Shown: piece by piece, positions 19,415 through 28,407 of the stretch
Numbering within the stretch: the stretch's first letter is position 1
How the letters are laid out: each line of letters opens with the position of its first letter
NCBI GenBank assembly: GCA_035279705.1
Contig: DATEHG010000111.1
Coordinates: 39,101 to 103,100, forward strand
Origin: Gemmatimonadales bacterium
GTDB lineage: Bacteria > Gemmatimonadota > Gemmatimonadetes > Gemmatimonadales > GWC2-71-9
Length of the DNA stretch: 64,000 bases
Direction of reading: 5' to 3'
Notes under the pieces: generated by a model
Databases searched by the model: none
Told to the model about the DNA's origin: nothing
Seen by the model: only the letters and a program-made list of their open reading frames with translations
Program-made: the position numbers and the translations under genes

Positions 19415-20968
19415 CTAGAGGGGAAGATTCCCGTGCTTCCGGGAGGGGTTGCGCTCCCGCTTGGTGGCCAGGGTGCGGAGGCCGTCGATCAGCCGGGGAC
19501 GGGTATCCCTGGGGTCGATGACGTCGTCCACGAACCCGCGCGCGGCCGCGATGTACGGGCTGGCAAACCGGCTGGTATACTCGGCGATCAACCGGGCCTC
19601 CTCTGCCGCCGGGTCCGGCGCCTTGGCGATCTGGTCCTTGAACAGGATCTCAACGGCACCCTTCGGCCCCATCACCGCGACCTCGGCGGTGGGCCACGCG
19701 AGGTTCATGTCACCCCGGACGTGCTTGCTGCTCATCACGTCGTAAGCCCCGCCATAGGCCTTGCGGGTGATGACCGTGAGCTTGGGAACCGTCGCCTCGC
19801 AGTAGGCGTACAGCAGTTTGGCCCCGTGCTTGATGATGCCGCCGTGCTCCTGGGTAACGCCGGGCAGGAACCCCGGCACGTCGACGAAGGTGACAATGGG
19901 GATGTTGAAGCAGTCACAGAACCGGATGAACCGCGCCGCCTTGAGCGAGGCCGCGATATCGAGGACGCCAGCCAGCACCGCAGGCTGATTGGCAACGATC
20001 CCGACCGAACGGCCTCCCAGGCGGGCAAAGCCGACGATGATGTTGCCGGCGTATTCAGGCTGAACTTCGAGAAACGCGCCGTCATCCACGATCCGGCGCA
20101 GCACCTCGTGCATGTCATACGGCTTGGCCGCGCCGTCGGGCAGGACATCGAGCAGTGATTCGTCCCGCCGGTCCGCCGGATCGCTGGTCGGACGGAGCGG
20201 CGGCTCGTCCAGATTGTTGGACGGGAGATAGCTCATCAACTCGCGCAGCGCCGCCAGCGATTCCGGCTCCGACGGGTGCACGAAGTGGGCAACTCCCGAG
20301 ACGCCGCCGTGCGTGTCCGCCCCGCCCAGCTGATCGCTGCTCACCTCTTCGTGGGTGACCGTCTTCACCACGTTCGGGCCGGTCACGAACATGTAGCTCA
20401 CCCCGCGCACCATGAAGATGAAATCGGTGATGGCGGGGCTGTACACTGCGCCGCCTGCGCAGGGCCCGAGAATGGCGGAGATCTGCGGCACCACTCCGCT
20501 CGCCAGCGTGTTGCGGAGAAAGACATCCGCATAGCCGCCGAGGGAGGCCACGCCCTCCTGGATCCTGGCCCCTCCCGAGTCGTTGAGCCCGATGACCGGC
20601 GCCCCATTGCGCACCGCCAGGTCCATGATCTTGCAGATCTTGGCGGCGTGGGTTTCGGAGAGCGAACCGCCGAACACGGTAAAGTCCTGCGAGAAGACGT
20701 ATACCAGGCGGCCATCGATCCGGCCGTGGCCGGTGACCACCCCGTCACCGGGATACTGCTGCTCCGCCAGACCGAATTCGGTGGCGCGGTGGGTCACGAA
20801 GCGGTCGAACTCGACGAAACTTCCTTCGTCGAGCAGCAGGTCGAGGCGTTCGCGGGCAGTGAGCTTTCCCTTTTTGTGCTGGGCCGCCACGCGGGCAGGG
20901 CCACCCCCCTGCTCCGCCTGGGCCTGCCGGTGGTGCAGTTCGTCGAGTCGGTCGCGTGATTGGGTCAT
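19415..20968 (-). CDS. pccB: Acyl-CoA carboxylase carboxyltransferase (beta) subunit, propionyl-CoA carboxylase / methylmalonyl-CoA decarboxylase type
   Basis: 517 aa. Typical [13 protein letters not shown]..., [11 protein letters not shown] and [13 protein letters not shown] blocks of the PccB/AccD5 family. Confidence 0.9.
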   Translation of the reverse strand: MTQSRDRLDELHHRQAQAEQGGGPARVAAQHKKGKLTARERLDLLLDEGSFVEFDRFVTHRATEFGLAEQQYPGDGVVTGHGRIDGRLVYVFSQDFTVFGGSLSETHAAKICKIMDLAVRNGAPVIGLNDSGGARIQEGVASLGGYADVFLRNTLASGVVPQISAILGPCAGGAVYSPAITDFIFMVRGVSYMFVTGPNVVKTVTHEEVSSDQLGGADTHGGVSGVAHFVHPSEPESLAALRELMSYLPSNNLDEPPLRPTSDPADRRDESLLDVLPDGAAKPYDMHEVLRRIVDDGAFLEVQPEYAGNIIVGFARLGGRSVGIVANQPAVLAGVLDIAASLKAARFIRFCDCFNIPIVTFVDVPGFLPGVTQEHGGIIKHGAKLLYAYCEATVPKLTVITRKAYGGAYDVMSSKHVRGDMNLAWPTAEVAVMGPKGAVEILFKDQIAKAPDPAAEEARLIAEYTSRFASPYIAAARGFVDDVIDPRDTRPRLIDGLRTLATKRERNPSRKHGNLPL

Positions 20969-20999
20969 GGCTGCGGAAGATAGAGCGAGACGGCGAGTT

Positions 21000-21032
21000 G
21001 GCTAGACGGCTAGACGGCTAGACGGCTAGACG
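21000..21032. repeat. Tandem octamer GGCTAGAC x4 (+G)
   Basis: Read directly: ggctagac ggctagac ggctagac ggctagac g. Contains the AGACGG core at 8-nt period. Confidence 0.95.
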
Positions 21033-21072
21033 AAAAAAGAAACGGTGACGGGAATTCAACCCCGCCACCGTT
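21033..21072 (-). terminator. Rho-independent terminator downstream of rpsA
   Basis: In minus sense: AACGGUGGCGGGG-UUGAAUU-CCCGUCACCGUU followed by UCUUUUUU. The stem has one mismatch. It lies 32 nt after the rpsA stop. Confidence 0.8.
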
Positions 21073-21104
21073 CCGACTGTCCGTCTGCCCGTCTGCCCGT
21101 CTTC
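21073..21104. repeat. Degenerate tandem octamer array (CCGACTGT CCGTCTGC CCGTCTGC CCGTCTTC), roughly the inverse of the 21000 array
   Basis: The reverse complement reads GAAGACGG GCAGACGG GCAGACGG ACAGTCGG, the same AGACGG core at 8-nt period. It abuts the rpsA stop codon (21104-21106). Confidence 0.85.
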
Positions 21105-22801
21105 TACTCGTCGTCGGCCGGACTCTCGTCGTACACTACGCGGGTCGGCGGAATGATCGGCTCGTCGGGATACGCGACGACCGCCAGCACGATCCGGTGA
21201 TGAATCGGGTCGACCTCGAGCACCTTCATGTCGACGACCTGGCCTTCCTTCACCGCATCACCGGGGTTCTCGATGTCGGGCACCCCGAGCTGCGACATCG
21301 GCACGAAGCCCTCGATGTCGTTGTTGAGGTCCACGACCACGCCCTTGTCCATCAGCCGGGAAACGCGGCCGCGCATCTCGGTGCCGACCGGGTAGGTCTC
21401 GCCGATCTTGAGCCACGGATCCTCTTCGGCCTGCTTGAGGCCGAGGGAGATCCGCTTGTTGTCCCCGTCGATGTTGAGAATGACGACCGTGACGGTATCG
21501 CCCTTCTTCACCACCTCGGAGGGGTGCTGCACCCGCTTGGTCCAGCTCATGTCGGAGATGTGGATCAGGCCGTCGATGCCGGGCTCGATTTCCACGAAGG
21601 CGCCGAAGCTGGTGAGGTTGCGCACCTTGCCGGTGATGCGGGTGCCCACCGGGTACTTGATGGGCAGCGCCGTCCAGGGATCCTGCTCGGTCTGCTTCAT
21701 GCCGAGCGAGATCTTCTCTTCCTTCTCGTCGACCTTGAGGACCACCGCGTCGATGGTCTCGCCGATGGAGACGATCTTCGAGGGGTGCCGGACGTTGCGG
21801 GTCCAGCTCATCTCGGAGATGTGCACCAGGCCTTCGATGCCGGGCTCGAGCTCGACGAAGGCGCCGTAGTTGGTGATCGACACCACCTTGCCCTGCACCC
21901 GGGTGCCGATCGGATAGCGCTCGGCCACATTCTGCCACGGGTAGGCCTGCAGCTGCTTCATGCCCAGGCTGATCCGCTCCCGCTGCCAGTCGATGTCCAG
22001 GATCTTGACTTCGACTTCCTTGCCGATGGCCACGACTTCGCTCGGGTGGGACACCCGGCCGTACGACATGTCGGTGATGTGCAGCAGGCCGTCCACCCCG
22101 CCCAGGTCGATGAACGCCCCGAAGTCGGTGATGTTCTTGACCACACCCTTCCGGACCTGCGCCACGGCCAGCTCCTTCATCAGGAACTCGCGCTTGTGGG
22201 CCCGCTCGTTCTCGAGGATGACCCGGCGGCTGACCACGATGTTGCGGCGCCGCTTGTTCAGCTTGATGATCTTGAACTCGAAGCTCTGGCCCAGCAGGTC
22301 GTCGATGTTGGGCACCCGCCGCAGCGCGATCTGGCTGCCGGGGAGGAACGCGTCGACGCCCATCAGGTTCACCACCACACCGCCCTTGATCTTCTTGGTC
22401 AGGGTGCCCTGCACCGGCTGGTCGCTCTCGTGCGCCACCCGGATCTTTTCCCAGACCCGCATGAAGTCGGCCTTCTTCTTGGAGAGCACGACCGCGCCCT
22501 CCTGGTCCTCGAGATGCTCGAGGAAGACCTCGACCTCATCGCCCGCCACGGGCATTTCCTTGAACTCGTCCAGCGGAACCGACCCCTCGGACTTGAAGCC
22601 CACGTCCAGGATGACGGCGTTATCGGTGATCCGGAGAACCTTGGAACGGACGATCTCGCCCTCGACGATCGAGGCCATGGTGCCCTCGTACATCGAGAGC
22701 ATCTGCTCGTACTCGGCCTCGGAGTAATCCTCGTCGTACAGGTCGGCCCGGACCTTGAGGCCAGTGGGAGAGACGATAGTGCCGGTGGAAGTATCGGACA
22801 T
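21104..22801 (-). CDS. rpsA: 30S ribosomal protein S1 (six S1 domains)
   Basis: 565 aa. Repeated S1 motifs (G.V..IT.FGAFV.L..G.EGL.HIS). Confidence 0.95.
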   Translation of the reverse strand: MSDTSTGTIVSPTGLKVRADLYDEDYSEAEYEQMLSMYEGTMASIVEGEIVRSKVLRITDNAVILDVGFKSEGSVPLDEFKEMPVAGDEVEVFLEHLEDQEGAVVLSKKKADFMRVWEKIRVAHESDQPVQGTLTKKIKGGVVVNLMGVDAFLPGSQIALRRVPNIDDLLGQSFEFKIIKLNKRRRNIVVSRRVILENERAHKREFLMKELAVAQVRKGVVKNITDFGAFIDLGGVDGLLHITDMSYGRVSHPSEVVAIGKEVEVKILDIDWQRERISLGMKQLQAYPWQNVAERYPIGTRVQGKVVSITNYGAFVELEPGIEGLVHISEMSWTRNVRHPSKIVSIGETIDAVVLKVDEKEEKISLGMKQTEQDPWTALPIKYPVGTRITGKVRNLTSFGAFVEIEPGIDGLIHISDMSWTKRVQHPSEVVKKGDTVTVVILNIDGDNKRISLGLKQAEEDPWLKIGETYPVGTEMRGRVSRLMDKGVVVDLNNDIEGFVPMSQLGVPDIENPGDAVKEGQVVDMKVLEVDPIHHRIVLAVVAYPDEPIIPPTRVVYDESPADDE

Positions 22802-22997
22802 GCGGAGGGAACATCCTTCCTGATCTGCCGCCCCGGGGTGGCGCGGGTTGAGGGTTGAATCCCCTGCTCCGGCGGAATTGCCGGGGTGGGGAGCCGCGCA
22901 ATATAGGGTTGGGACATTCCTTTAGGTAGGGGTTGGGGAACGGGGACCGGGAGACAGGGGACGGCAGAGGGGGCAGCGCAGTCATTGCCGTGCATAC

Positions 22998-23025
22998 CCT
23001 CGACTCGCGACTCGCGACTCGCGAC
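22998..23025. repeat. Tandem heptamer array; reverse complement is GTCGCGA x3 + GTCGAGG (each unit carries the palindrome TCGCGA)
   Basis: Read directly: cctcgac tcgcgac tcgcgac tcgcgac. It lies 17 nt downstream of the outer-membrane protein gene stop (minus sense). Confidence 0.9.
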
Positions 23026-23041
23026 CTAACTCAAATCGCCG

Positions 23042-24430
23042 TCAAAACTTGTACGACACCGCGTACATGAAAGTGAAGGTGCTGACCTTGAGGCGGGTGA
23101 CCTGCGTCCGGCCGCCCAGCGAGGTGCCGAGCTGCCGATCTTCGGTGATCCCGAACGAGCCGGCGGCACCCAGGGAGCCGGACAGGTGGTTCCCGGTGAA
23201 CGAAATGCCGAACGACCCCCCATAGAGATCAAGGCTGCGGAAGATCGAAGTAGCCGAGCTGTCCACCGGCGATCCGTCGGTGAAGAAGCCGGCGTGCAGG
23301 CGGATGCCCCTCGCAATCAGGTAGTTGCCACCGACAGCCACATTCACCACCGACTTGGCGGCCTCGGAAATCGTGGTGAACGGGATCGAGTCCACCGTCG
23401 GCGTTCCTGTGGCATCGGTCGTGATCCTGGTGGCCAGCACATCGCTCTTGAGCAGGTCATAGGACTTGGTGCTGCCGTGGTAGCGCACATCTCCCTCGAG
23501 CTGAAACCGGCCGAGATCGATCGACACCCCGCCGACCAACCGGACCGGAATCTTGTATTCGAAACGGGCCTCGGCATCCCGGAAGGCGATGTCAGTCGAC
23601 CCGTTGGTCGAGAATCCCGTCAGCGAGTACAGCACCTTGGCGCTGCCGCCAGTCCTGGCCCCGGGCGACACCACGAGGGCACCGATCCGGACCTTGCTGC
23701 CGACATCGAACTGGGCCCCGGCACTGAACAGCAGCTGCTGCGCCGAAGCATCCAGGCTGACGCTGCGGATCGCGGTCGTGTCCGCGGCGGCCGAGTAGAG
23801 GCGGTCCGTGATTCCCTGGCTCTGCAGCATCGAGGTGAGGGCATAACTGACACCGGCGCCGACCCGGATGCGGTCGCTCACCTTGAAGCCCGCATCCACG
23901 CCGGGGGTGATCACGGTGAAGTTGGAGGAGCTGCTGTAGCCGAAGGTTTCGCTGCTGCCTCCGGAGCTGAAGCTCAGGCTGCCATCGAGCAGCCCCGGCG
24001 TCCACGACACCGATTTGGTATAGCCGAACCCCAGTCGCCAGCGGTTCGAGTGAATGATCGGCGCGCCGATCACGGCACCGAAATAGGTGCCGACGGGGCT
24101 GAATCGGGTCGACCCCTTGGCGGTCCCCACGCCCTCCAGGGTCACCTTGTTGAGTTCATAGGCATTGGAACTGGCGTTCAGGCCGCTCTTTTCGCTGAGT
24201 ACCAGGCCGGCCGGGTTGTACCAGGGCGAGCCGGCATCGCCGGTCCGGGCCACGTAGGCGCCGGACTCGAGCCCTTCGACCTGGCCGATGGGAATACGGT
24301 CGTAGTTGGGAAGTGTGCCGCTGGCGGGAAAGATGACCGCAGGAGCCTGGGCCTGAGACGCAGAGGTCAGCGCGAGGAGCAGAGCGGTTACCAGACCTGC
24401 AGGCCGGCGATGGATCGAAGGTGAGGTCAT
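23042..24430 (-). CDS. Outer-membrane beta-barrel protein (porin/FadL-like transporter class)
   Basis: 462 aa. Signal peptide ...ALLLALTSASQAQA, alternating beta-strand-like composition rich in G/S/T/Y, and a C-terminal ...YAVSYKF (terminal Phe OMP signature). Confidence 0.72.
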   Translation of the reverse strand: MTSPSIHRRPAGLVTALLLALTSASQAQAPAVIFPASGTLPNYDRIPIGQVEGLESGAYVARTGDAGSPWYNPAGLVLSEKSGLNASSNAYELNKVTLEGVGTAKGSTRFSPVGTYFGAVIGAPIIHSNRWRLGFGYTKSVSWTPGLLDGSLSFSSGGSSETFGYSSSSNFTVITPGVDAGFKVSDRIRVGAGVSYALTSMLQSQGITDRLYSAAADTTAIRSVSLDASAQQLLFSAGAQFDVGSKVRIGALVVSPGARTGGSAKVLYSLTGFSTNGSTDIAFRDAEARFEYKIPVRLVGGVSIDLGRFQLEGDVRYHGSTKSYDLLKSDVLATRITTDATGTPTVDSIPFTTISEAAKSVVNVAVGGNYLIARGIRLHAGFFTDGSPVDSSATSIFRSLDLYGGSFGISFTGNHLSGSLGAAGSFGITEDRQLGTSLGGRTQVTRLKVSTFTFMYAVSYKF

Positions 24431-24511
24431 GACTCACGCTCCCGGGTAGCCGATGCGTGCAGAAGACTCCGCCAGCTTACGCCCCGGCAGCTTCCACAGC
24501 AAGGCAGCCGT

Positions 24512-25210
24512 TCAGCGGCCGAGTCCCAGCGACCTGCCGCGCTTGACGATCCAGGCGACCTGCTCCTGAAAAGTCAGGTCGGTGCCATCCAGCGGCAGGG
24601 CATCGGCTGCCATGGTGAGCGGCGCGACGGCGCGCTGGCTGTCGGCATCATCGCGCGCGGCGAGGCGGGCGGTCTCATCGGCAAGCCGTGCCGGGTCGAT
24701 CGCTTCGCCCCGCTGACCCAGGCGGCGCCGGGCCCGCGCCGCCGGCGAGGCCACCAGGAATACCTTGAGGGCCGCGTCGGGAAACACCACCGTGCCGATG
24801 TCGCGACCATCCACCACCGCGCCCGCGCCCGCGGCCGCCGTGGCCCGGAGCTGGGCATTGACCCAGTCGCGGAGCGCCGGAATCGCCGAGACGGCCGACA
24901 CACCCGAGGTGACTTCCGCCGTGCGGATCCGGTCCTCGGCGGGGCGCCCATCGAGCCAGGCGTGCACGCTCCCCTGGTCATCCCGGAGCAGCAGCCCCCG
25001 CCGCTCCGCTTCCGCTATCAGCCGTCGAGGGTCGAGGGTCGAGAGTCCGGCTCCCGTTTCACCGAAATCGAGTGCGATCCTGGTGAGGCCCCGGTACAGC
25101 GCGCCGCTGTCGAGGTGGATCAGGCCGAGCGCACGCGCCACCGCATCCGCGGTGCTCGACTTGCCGCTGGCGGACGGGCCGTCGATGGCGATCACGCGCT
25201 GGGACCTCAT
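24512..25210 (-). CDS. cmk: Cytidylate kinase
   Basis: ATG at aa 28 of ORF 24512..25291 gives MRSQRVIAIDGPSASGKSSTADAVARALGLIHLDSGALYR (P-loop and cmk N-terminus). Confidence 0.9.
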   Translation of the reverse strand: MRSQRVIAIDGPSASGKSSTADAVARALGLIHLDSGALYRGLTRIALDFGETGAGLSTLDPRRLIAEAERRGLLLRDDQGSVHAWLDGRPAEDRIRTAEVTSGVSAVSAIPALRDWVNAQLRATAAAGAGAVVDGRDIGTVVFPDAALKVFLVASPAARARRRLGQRGEAIDPARLADETARLAARDDADSQRAVAPLTMAADALPLDGTDLTFQEQVAWIVKRGRSLGLGR

Positions 25211-25227
25211 CTGGAGCTCCCGACCCG

Positions 25228-25255
25228 GTGAGCGGTGAGCAGTGAGCGGTGAGCA
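25228..25255. repeat. Tandem heptamers GTGAGCG GTGAGCA GTGAGCG GTGAGCA (+GG)
   Basis: Read directly in the 52-nt aroA-cmk spacer. Confidence 0.92.
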
Positions 25256-25262
25256 GGCGAAA

Positions 25263-26540
25263 TCATGCAGGTCGCCGCTTTCGAACAGCAATTGCCTTCA
25301 GCATCGCCGGAAAGCCGGGATAGCTCACGGCGGCGCAGGCGAGGTTGTCGATGCGGATCCGGGCCCCGGGCACAGTCCCGAGCACTGCGAACGCCATGGC
25401 GATCCGGTGATCCCCATCCGTCCGGACCTTTCCGGCAGGGACGGCATTCCCTCCTTCGATGATGAGATCGTCCCCCTCGACCGCGGCCCGGGCGCCGAGG
25501 GCGCGCAGGTTGTCGGCGATCAGGCCGAGGCGGTCGCTTTCCTTTACGCGCAATTCACCGACCTCGCGGAAGATGGTCGTTCCGCTGGCCCGGCTTGCCA
25601 GGACGGCCAGCAGGGGAATCTCGTCGATCAGAGCCGGCACTTCGGCCGGTCGCACTTCCGTCGCGCGAAGCGCCGCGGGCCCGGTGACCAGCGTCCCGAC
25701 CGGTTCTCCCAGCTGTTCCCCCTGTCCTTCGAGACTCACCTCCGCACCCATCCGCCGCAGCACATCCAGAAACCCGGTCCTCGTCGGGTTGAGGCCGACC
25801 CCCTCAATCGCCAGTGTCCCACCCTCGGCCAGCAACGCCGCCCCGATCGGAAACGCGGCGGAAGATGGGTCACCGGGAATATCCACCTCGAACGGGTGAA
25901 TGACTCCGGTCGGTGCGAACCGGATCCAGCCGCCGCTTTCCGTCACGGCATATCCGAAGCTCCGGAGCATCCGTTCAGTATGATCGCGCGAACGTCCGTG
26001 CGGCTCACGCACGGCCACCTTGACGCCGCCGCACACTCCGGCAAGCAGCAGGCAACTCTTGATCTGGGCACTGGACACCGGCATGTCCCACTCGATCGCG
26101 GTGAGGCGGCCACCCCGGATGGTCAGCGGAAGATTCTCCGGCTGGTCGGGAGTGAACCGGGCGCCCATCGCCGCGAGCGGCACCGTGACCCGGCGCATCG
26201 GTCGGCGGCGGAGCGAGCGGTCTCCCGTGAGGGTGGCGCGGAGCGGAAACCCGGCCAGCATGCCGAGCAGGAGGCGCGTCGTGGTCCCGCTGTTACCGCA
26301 GACGAGCGTGTCCGCCGGCGTCCGCAGCTTTCCTCTCCCCTCGACCACCACGATCTGCCCGTCACGGAGCGCGGAGATTCCGGCACCGAGTTGGCGGAGG
26401 ACTCGCGCGGACGATCGTGCGTCGAACGAGGTGAGCGCGCCCCCGATCCGGCTCCGCCCCCGCGCCAGCGCCGAGAGCAGCAGGGCACGATGCGTCAGGC
26501 TCTTGTCCCCCGGGACCCGGATCCGCCCCGTGACGATCAT
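25263..26540 (-). CDS. aroA: 3-phosphoshikimate 1-carboxyvinyltransferase (EPSP synthase)
   Basis: ATG at aa 97 of ORF 25263..26828 gives MIVTGRIRVPGDKSLTHRALLLSALA. Also LGNSGTTTRLL-like CGNSGTTTRLLLG and a DHRIAMAFAV C-terminal motif. ATGA overlap with tyrA. Confidence 0.92.
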   Translation of the reverse strand: MIVTGRIRVPGDKSLTHRALLLSALARGRSRIGGALTSFDARSSARVLRQLGAGISALRDGQIVVVEGRGKLRTPADTLVCGNSGTTTRLLLGMLAGFPLRATLTGDRSLRRRPMRRVTVPLAAMGARFTPDQPENLPLTIRGGRLTAIEWDMPVSSAQIKSCLLLAGVCGGVKVAVREPHGRSRDHTERMLRSFGYAVTESGGWIRFAPTGVIHPFEVDIPGDPSSAAFPIGAALLAEGGTLAIEGVGLNPTRTGFLDVLRRMGAEVSLEGQGEQLGEPVGTLVTGPAALRATEVRPAEVPALIDEIPLLAVLASRASGTTIFREVGELRVKESDRLGLIADNLRALGARAAVEGDDLIIEGGNAVPAGKVRTDGDHRIAMAFAVLGTVPGARIRIDNLACAAVSYPGFPAMLKAIAVRKRRPA

Positions 26541-27379
26541 CGGTCGAGTCCTCGGCGGAAGACGGCGGCGCGCTCCAGGAACCCGCGCAGCGCGGCCGCG
26601 TCCCCGTCGGCCACCAGCTGCCGCAGACCCGAGAGCTCCCGCTCCAGTTCCTCGAGAGCGCTCACGATCTCGGCCCGATTGAGCAGCATGAGTTCGGTCC
26701 AGAGACTGGCCGAGCTGGCCGCGAGGCGGGTCGTGTCCCGCGCTCCGGTACCGAAGGACACTCCCTTGTGCCTGGCGAGCACCGAGGCGAGTGCCGACGC
26801 GGCTGCCTGCGGCAGGTGGCTCGTCCACGCCAGCTGGTGATCGTGCGCGTCGGCATCGATGAGCACGGGCTGGGCGCCAAGGGTCTGGGCCCAGAAGTCC
26901 ATGACCTCGCGGGCGGGACGTGGATCGGTGCCCAGCAGACTGGCGGTCACGTAGACGACCGCGCCCTGGAAGAGATCGGGCCGTGCCGCGGCGAAGCCCG
27001 AGGCATGAGTCCCGGCGAGCGGGTGCGAGCCCGCAAATCTGTCCGCGAGGCCCGCGGCATCGGCGCGCGCCATGATCGCGCGCTTGATACTGGTCACGTC
27101 GGTCGCGACCGCGCCCGGACGCAGCCAGCCGCCGATGGTGTCCAGGAGTCCGAGAGTCGCGAGTGGTGGTGCGGCGATCACCACGAGGTCAGCGTCGCGG
27201 ACAGCGCGGGACGGCGTATCCGCCAGGTCGGTGATGGCCGCGCTCTTGAGCGCGAGGGCTCCATCGCCGCCATCGGGGGAAAACCCGAGGACACGGGGAA
27301 TGCCGGCCAGGCGTGCCTGCCAGGCCAGCGATCCCCCGATCGCGCCCAATCCGAGGACAGCGAGGGCTTCCGGTCTCAC
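26537..27379 (-). CDS. tyrA: Prephenate (arogenate) dehydrogenase
   Basis: 280 aa. LGLGAIGGSLA Rossmann N-terminus, DVTSIK and GSHPLAGT motifs. Confidence 0.85.
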   Translation of the reverse strand: MRPEALAVLGLGAIGGSLAWQARLAGIPRVLGFSPDGGDGALALKSAAITDLADTPSRAVRDADLVVIAAPPLATLGLLDTIGGWLRPGAVATDVTSIKRAIMARADAAGLADRFAGSHPLAGTHASGFAAARPDLFQGAVVYVTASLLGTDPRPAREVMDFWAQTLGAQPVLIDADAHDHQLAWTSHLPQAAASALASVLARHKGVSFGTGARDTTRLAASSASLWTELMLLNRAEIVSALEELERELSGLRQLVADGDAAALRGFLERAAVFRRGLDR

Positions 27380-27504
27380 GAACAGCGCGGTTTGCGGGAC
27401 GTTTTTGGGATATCGGACATGGGCCGGCAGAGCGGGCGGGACTGTTGCAAAGACCGTGTGGGAATTGTACTTATATCAGTTGACTCCCACAACGTTCAGG
27501 CGCG

Positions 27505-27882
27505 ATGGCGGGCATACTGATCGTCGAAGACAGCGCCGACAACATTAAACTGTTCCGTATGCTGCTGACCCTCCGGGGCCACAGCGTAACCGGCCTCACG
27601 AGTGGAGAAGGATTGCTGGCCACGCTGGAGAGCACCCGCCCGGACCTGGTTCTCATGGACATCCAGCTCCCCGGGAAAGACGGCTTTCAGCTGCTCGCCG
27701 AAATCCGTGATTCGGTGTACGCCAAGCTGCGGGTCCTGGCACTCACCGCGCATGCCATGAGCGGTGACCGCGAACGCGCGCTCGCGGCCGGGTTCGACGG
27801 CTACATCACCAAGCCGGTGGACATCCGGACGTTTCCCGAGCTGGTAGGCCAGGCCCTGGCCGGCCACGTTCCCCAGTCGTAG
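27505..27882 (+). CDS. Single-domain CheY-like response regulator
   Basis: 125 aa. ILIVEDS, LVLMDIQLPGKDG (phospho-acceptor Asp), LTAHA and GFDGYITKP. Confidence 0.88.
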   Translation: MAGILIVEDSADNIKLFRMLLTLRGHSVTGLTSGEGLLATLESTRPDLVLMDIQLPGKDGFQLLAEIRDSVYAKLRVLALTAHAMSGDRERALAAGFDGYITKPVDIRTFPELVGQALAGHVPQS

Positions 27883-27906
27883 CCCGAGTTCCGGAGCGGA
27901 GACCAG

Positions 27907-28407
27907 ATGGACCATCGACGGACCCCACCGCCCGACGGGCAGAACGACCGGCGCGCCCTCCTCTCGGCCTACAAGGACGTGGTGAAATCGGAGGCCGAAC
28001 GGGGCAAGGAGTCCGCCACGCCCGCCCGGCGCCCGGTGAAGCGGAGCAGCGTTCTCCTCTTCCTGACGGTCCTCCTCGCCGCCGCCCTGGCGCTGCACAA
28101 CCTCTGGCTCGACCCCGTGCAGCTGCCGCCCGAGTCCCGTGAAATCCGTGAGGCAAGCCTGCGCCTGGTCATGGCCCGGCAGATTCACGGCATCGAGGCG
28201 TGGCGCGCCGCCCACGGCGGCGCCGTTCCCGATTCGGCAACCGCGGCGAGCACCACGCTGACGCCGTTCAAGTACGCCGTCGAGGGAGGGAACTACACGC
28301 TGACCGGGACCAACGGCGACATCACCCTGCACTACTCCTCGATCGACTCCCTGGCCGCGTTCCTGGGCAACAGCTACGAGGTCGTCCGCCAGAGAGGGAG
28401 ACCGTGA
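27907..28407 (+). CDS. Hypothetical single-pass membrane protein
   Basis: 166 aa. One TM (VLLFLTVLLAAALALHNLW). Its stop overlaps the next gene's GTG (GTGA). Confidence 0.5.
   Translation: MDHRRTPPPDGQNDRRALLSAYKDVVKSEAERGKESATPARRPVKRSSVLLFLTVLLAAALALHNLWLDPVQLPPESREIREASLRLVMARQIHGIEAWRAAHGGAVPDSATAASTTLTPFKYAVEGGNYTLTGTNGDITLHYSSIDSLAAFLGNSYEVVRQRGRP

Noticed and set aside
21000-21104. Tandem octamers as a CRISPR array or as transposon terminal inverted repeats.
   Set aside because: The units are contiguous with no spacers and only 8 nt long, and no cas or transposase genes lie nearby. The arrays flank a terminator hairpin rather than a coding cargo.
27380-27504. A divergent promoter between tyrA and the response regulator (TTGCAA-N17-TACTTA and the nearby TTATAT).
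   Set aside because: The region is relatively AT-rich, but the -10 candidates are poor matches and several alternative registers are equally weak. This is not enough to call a feature.
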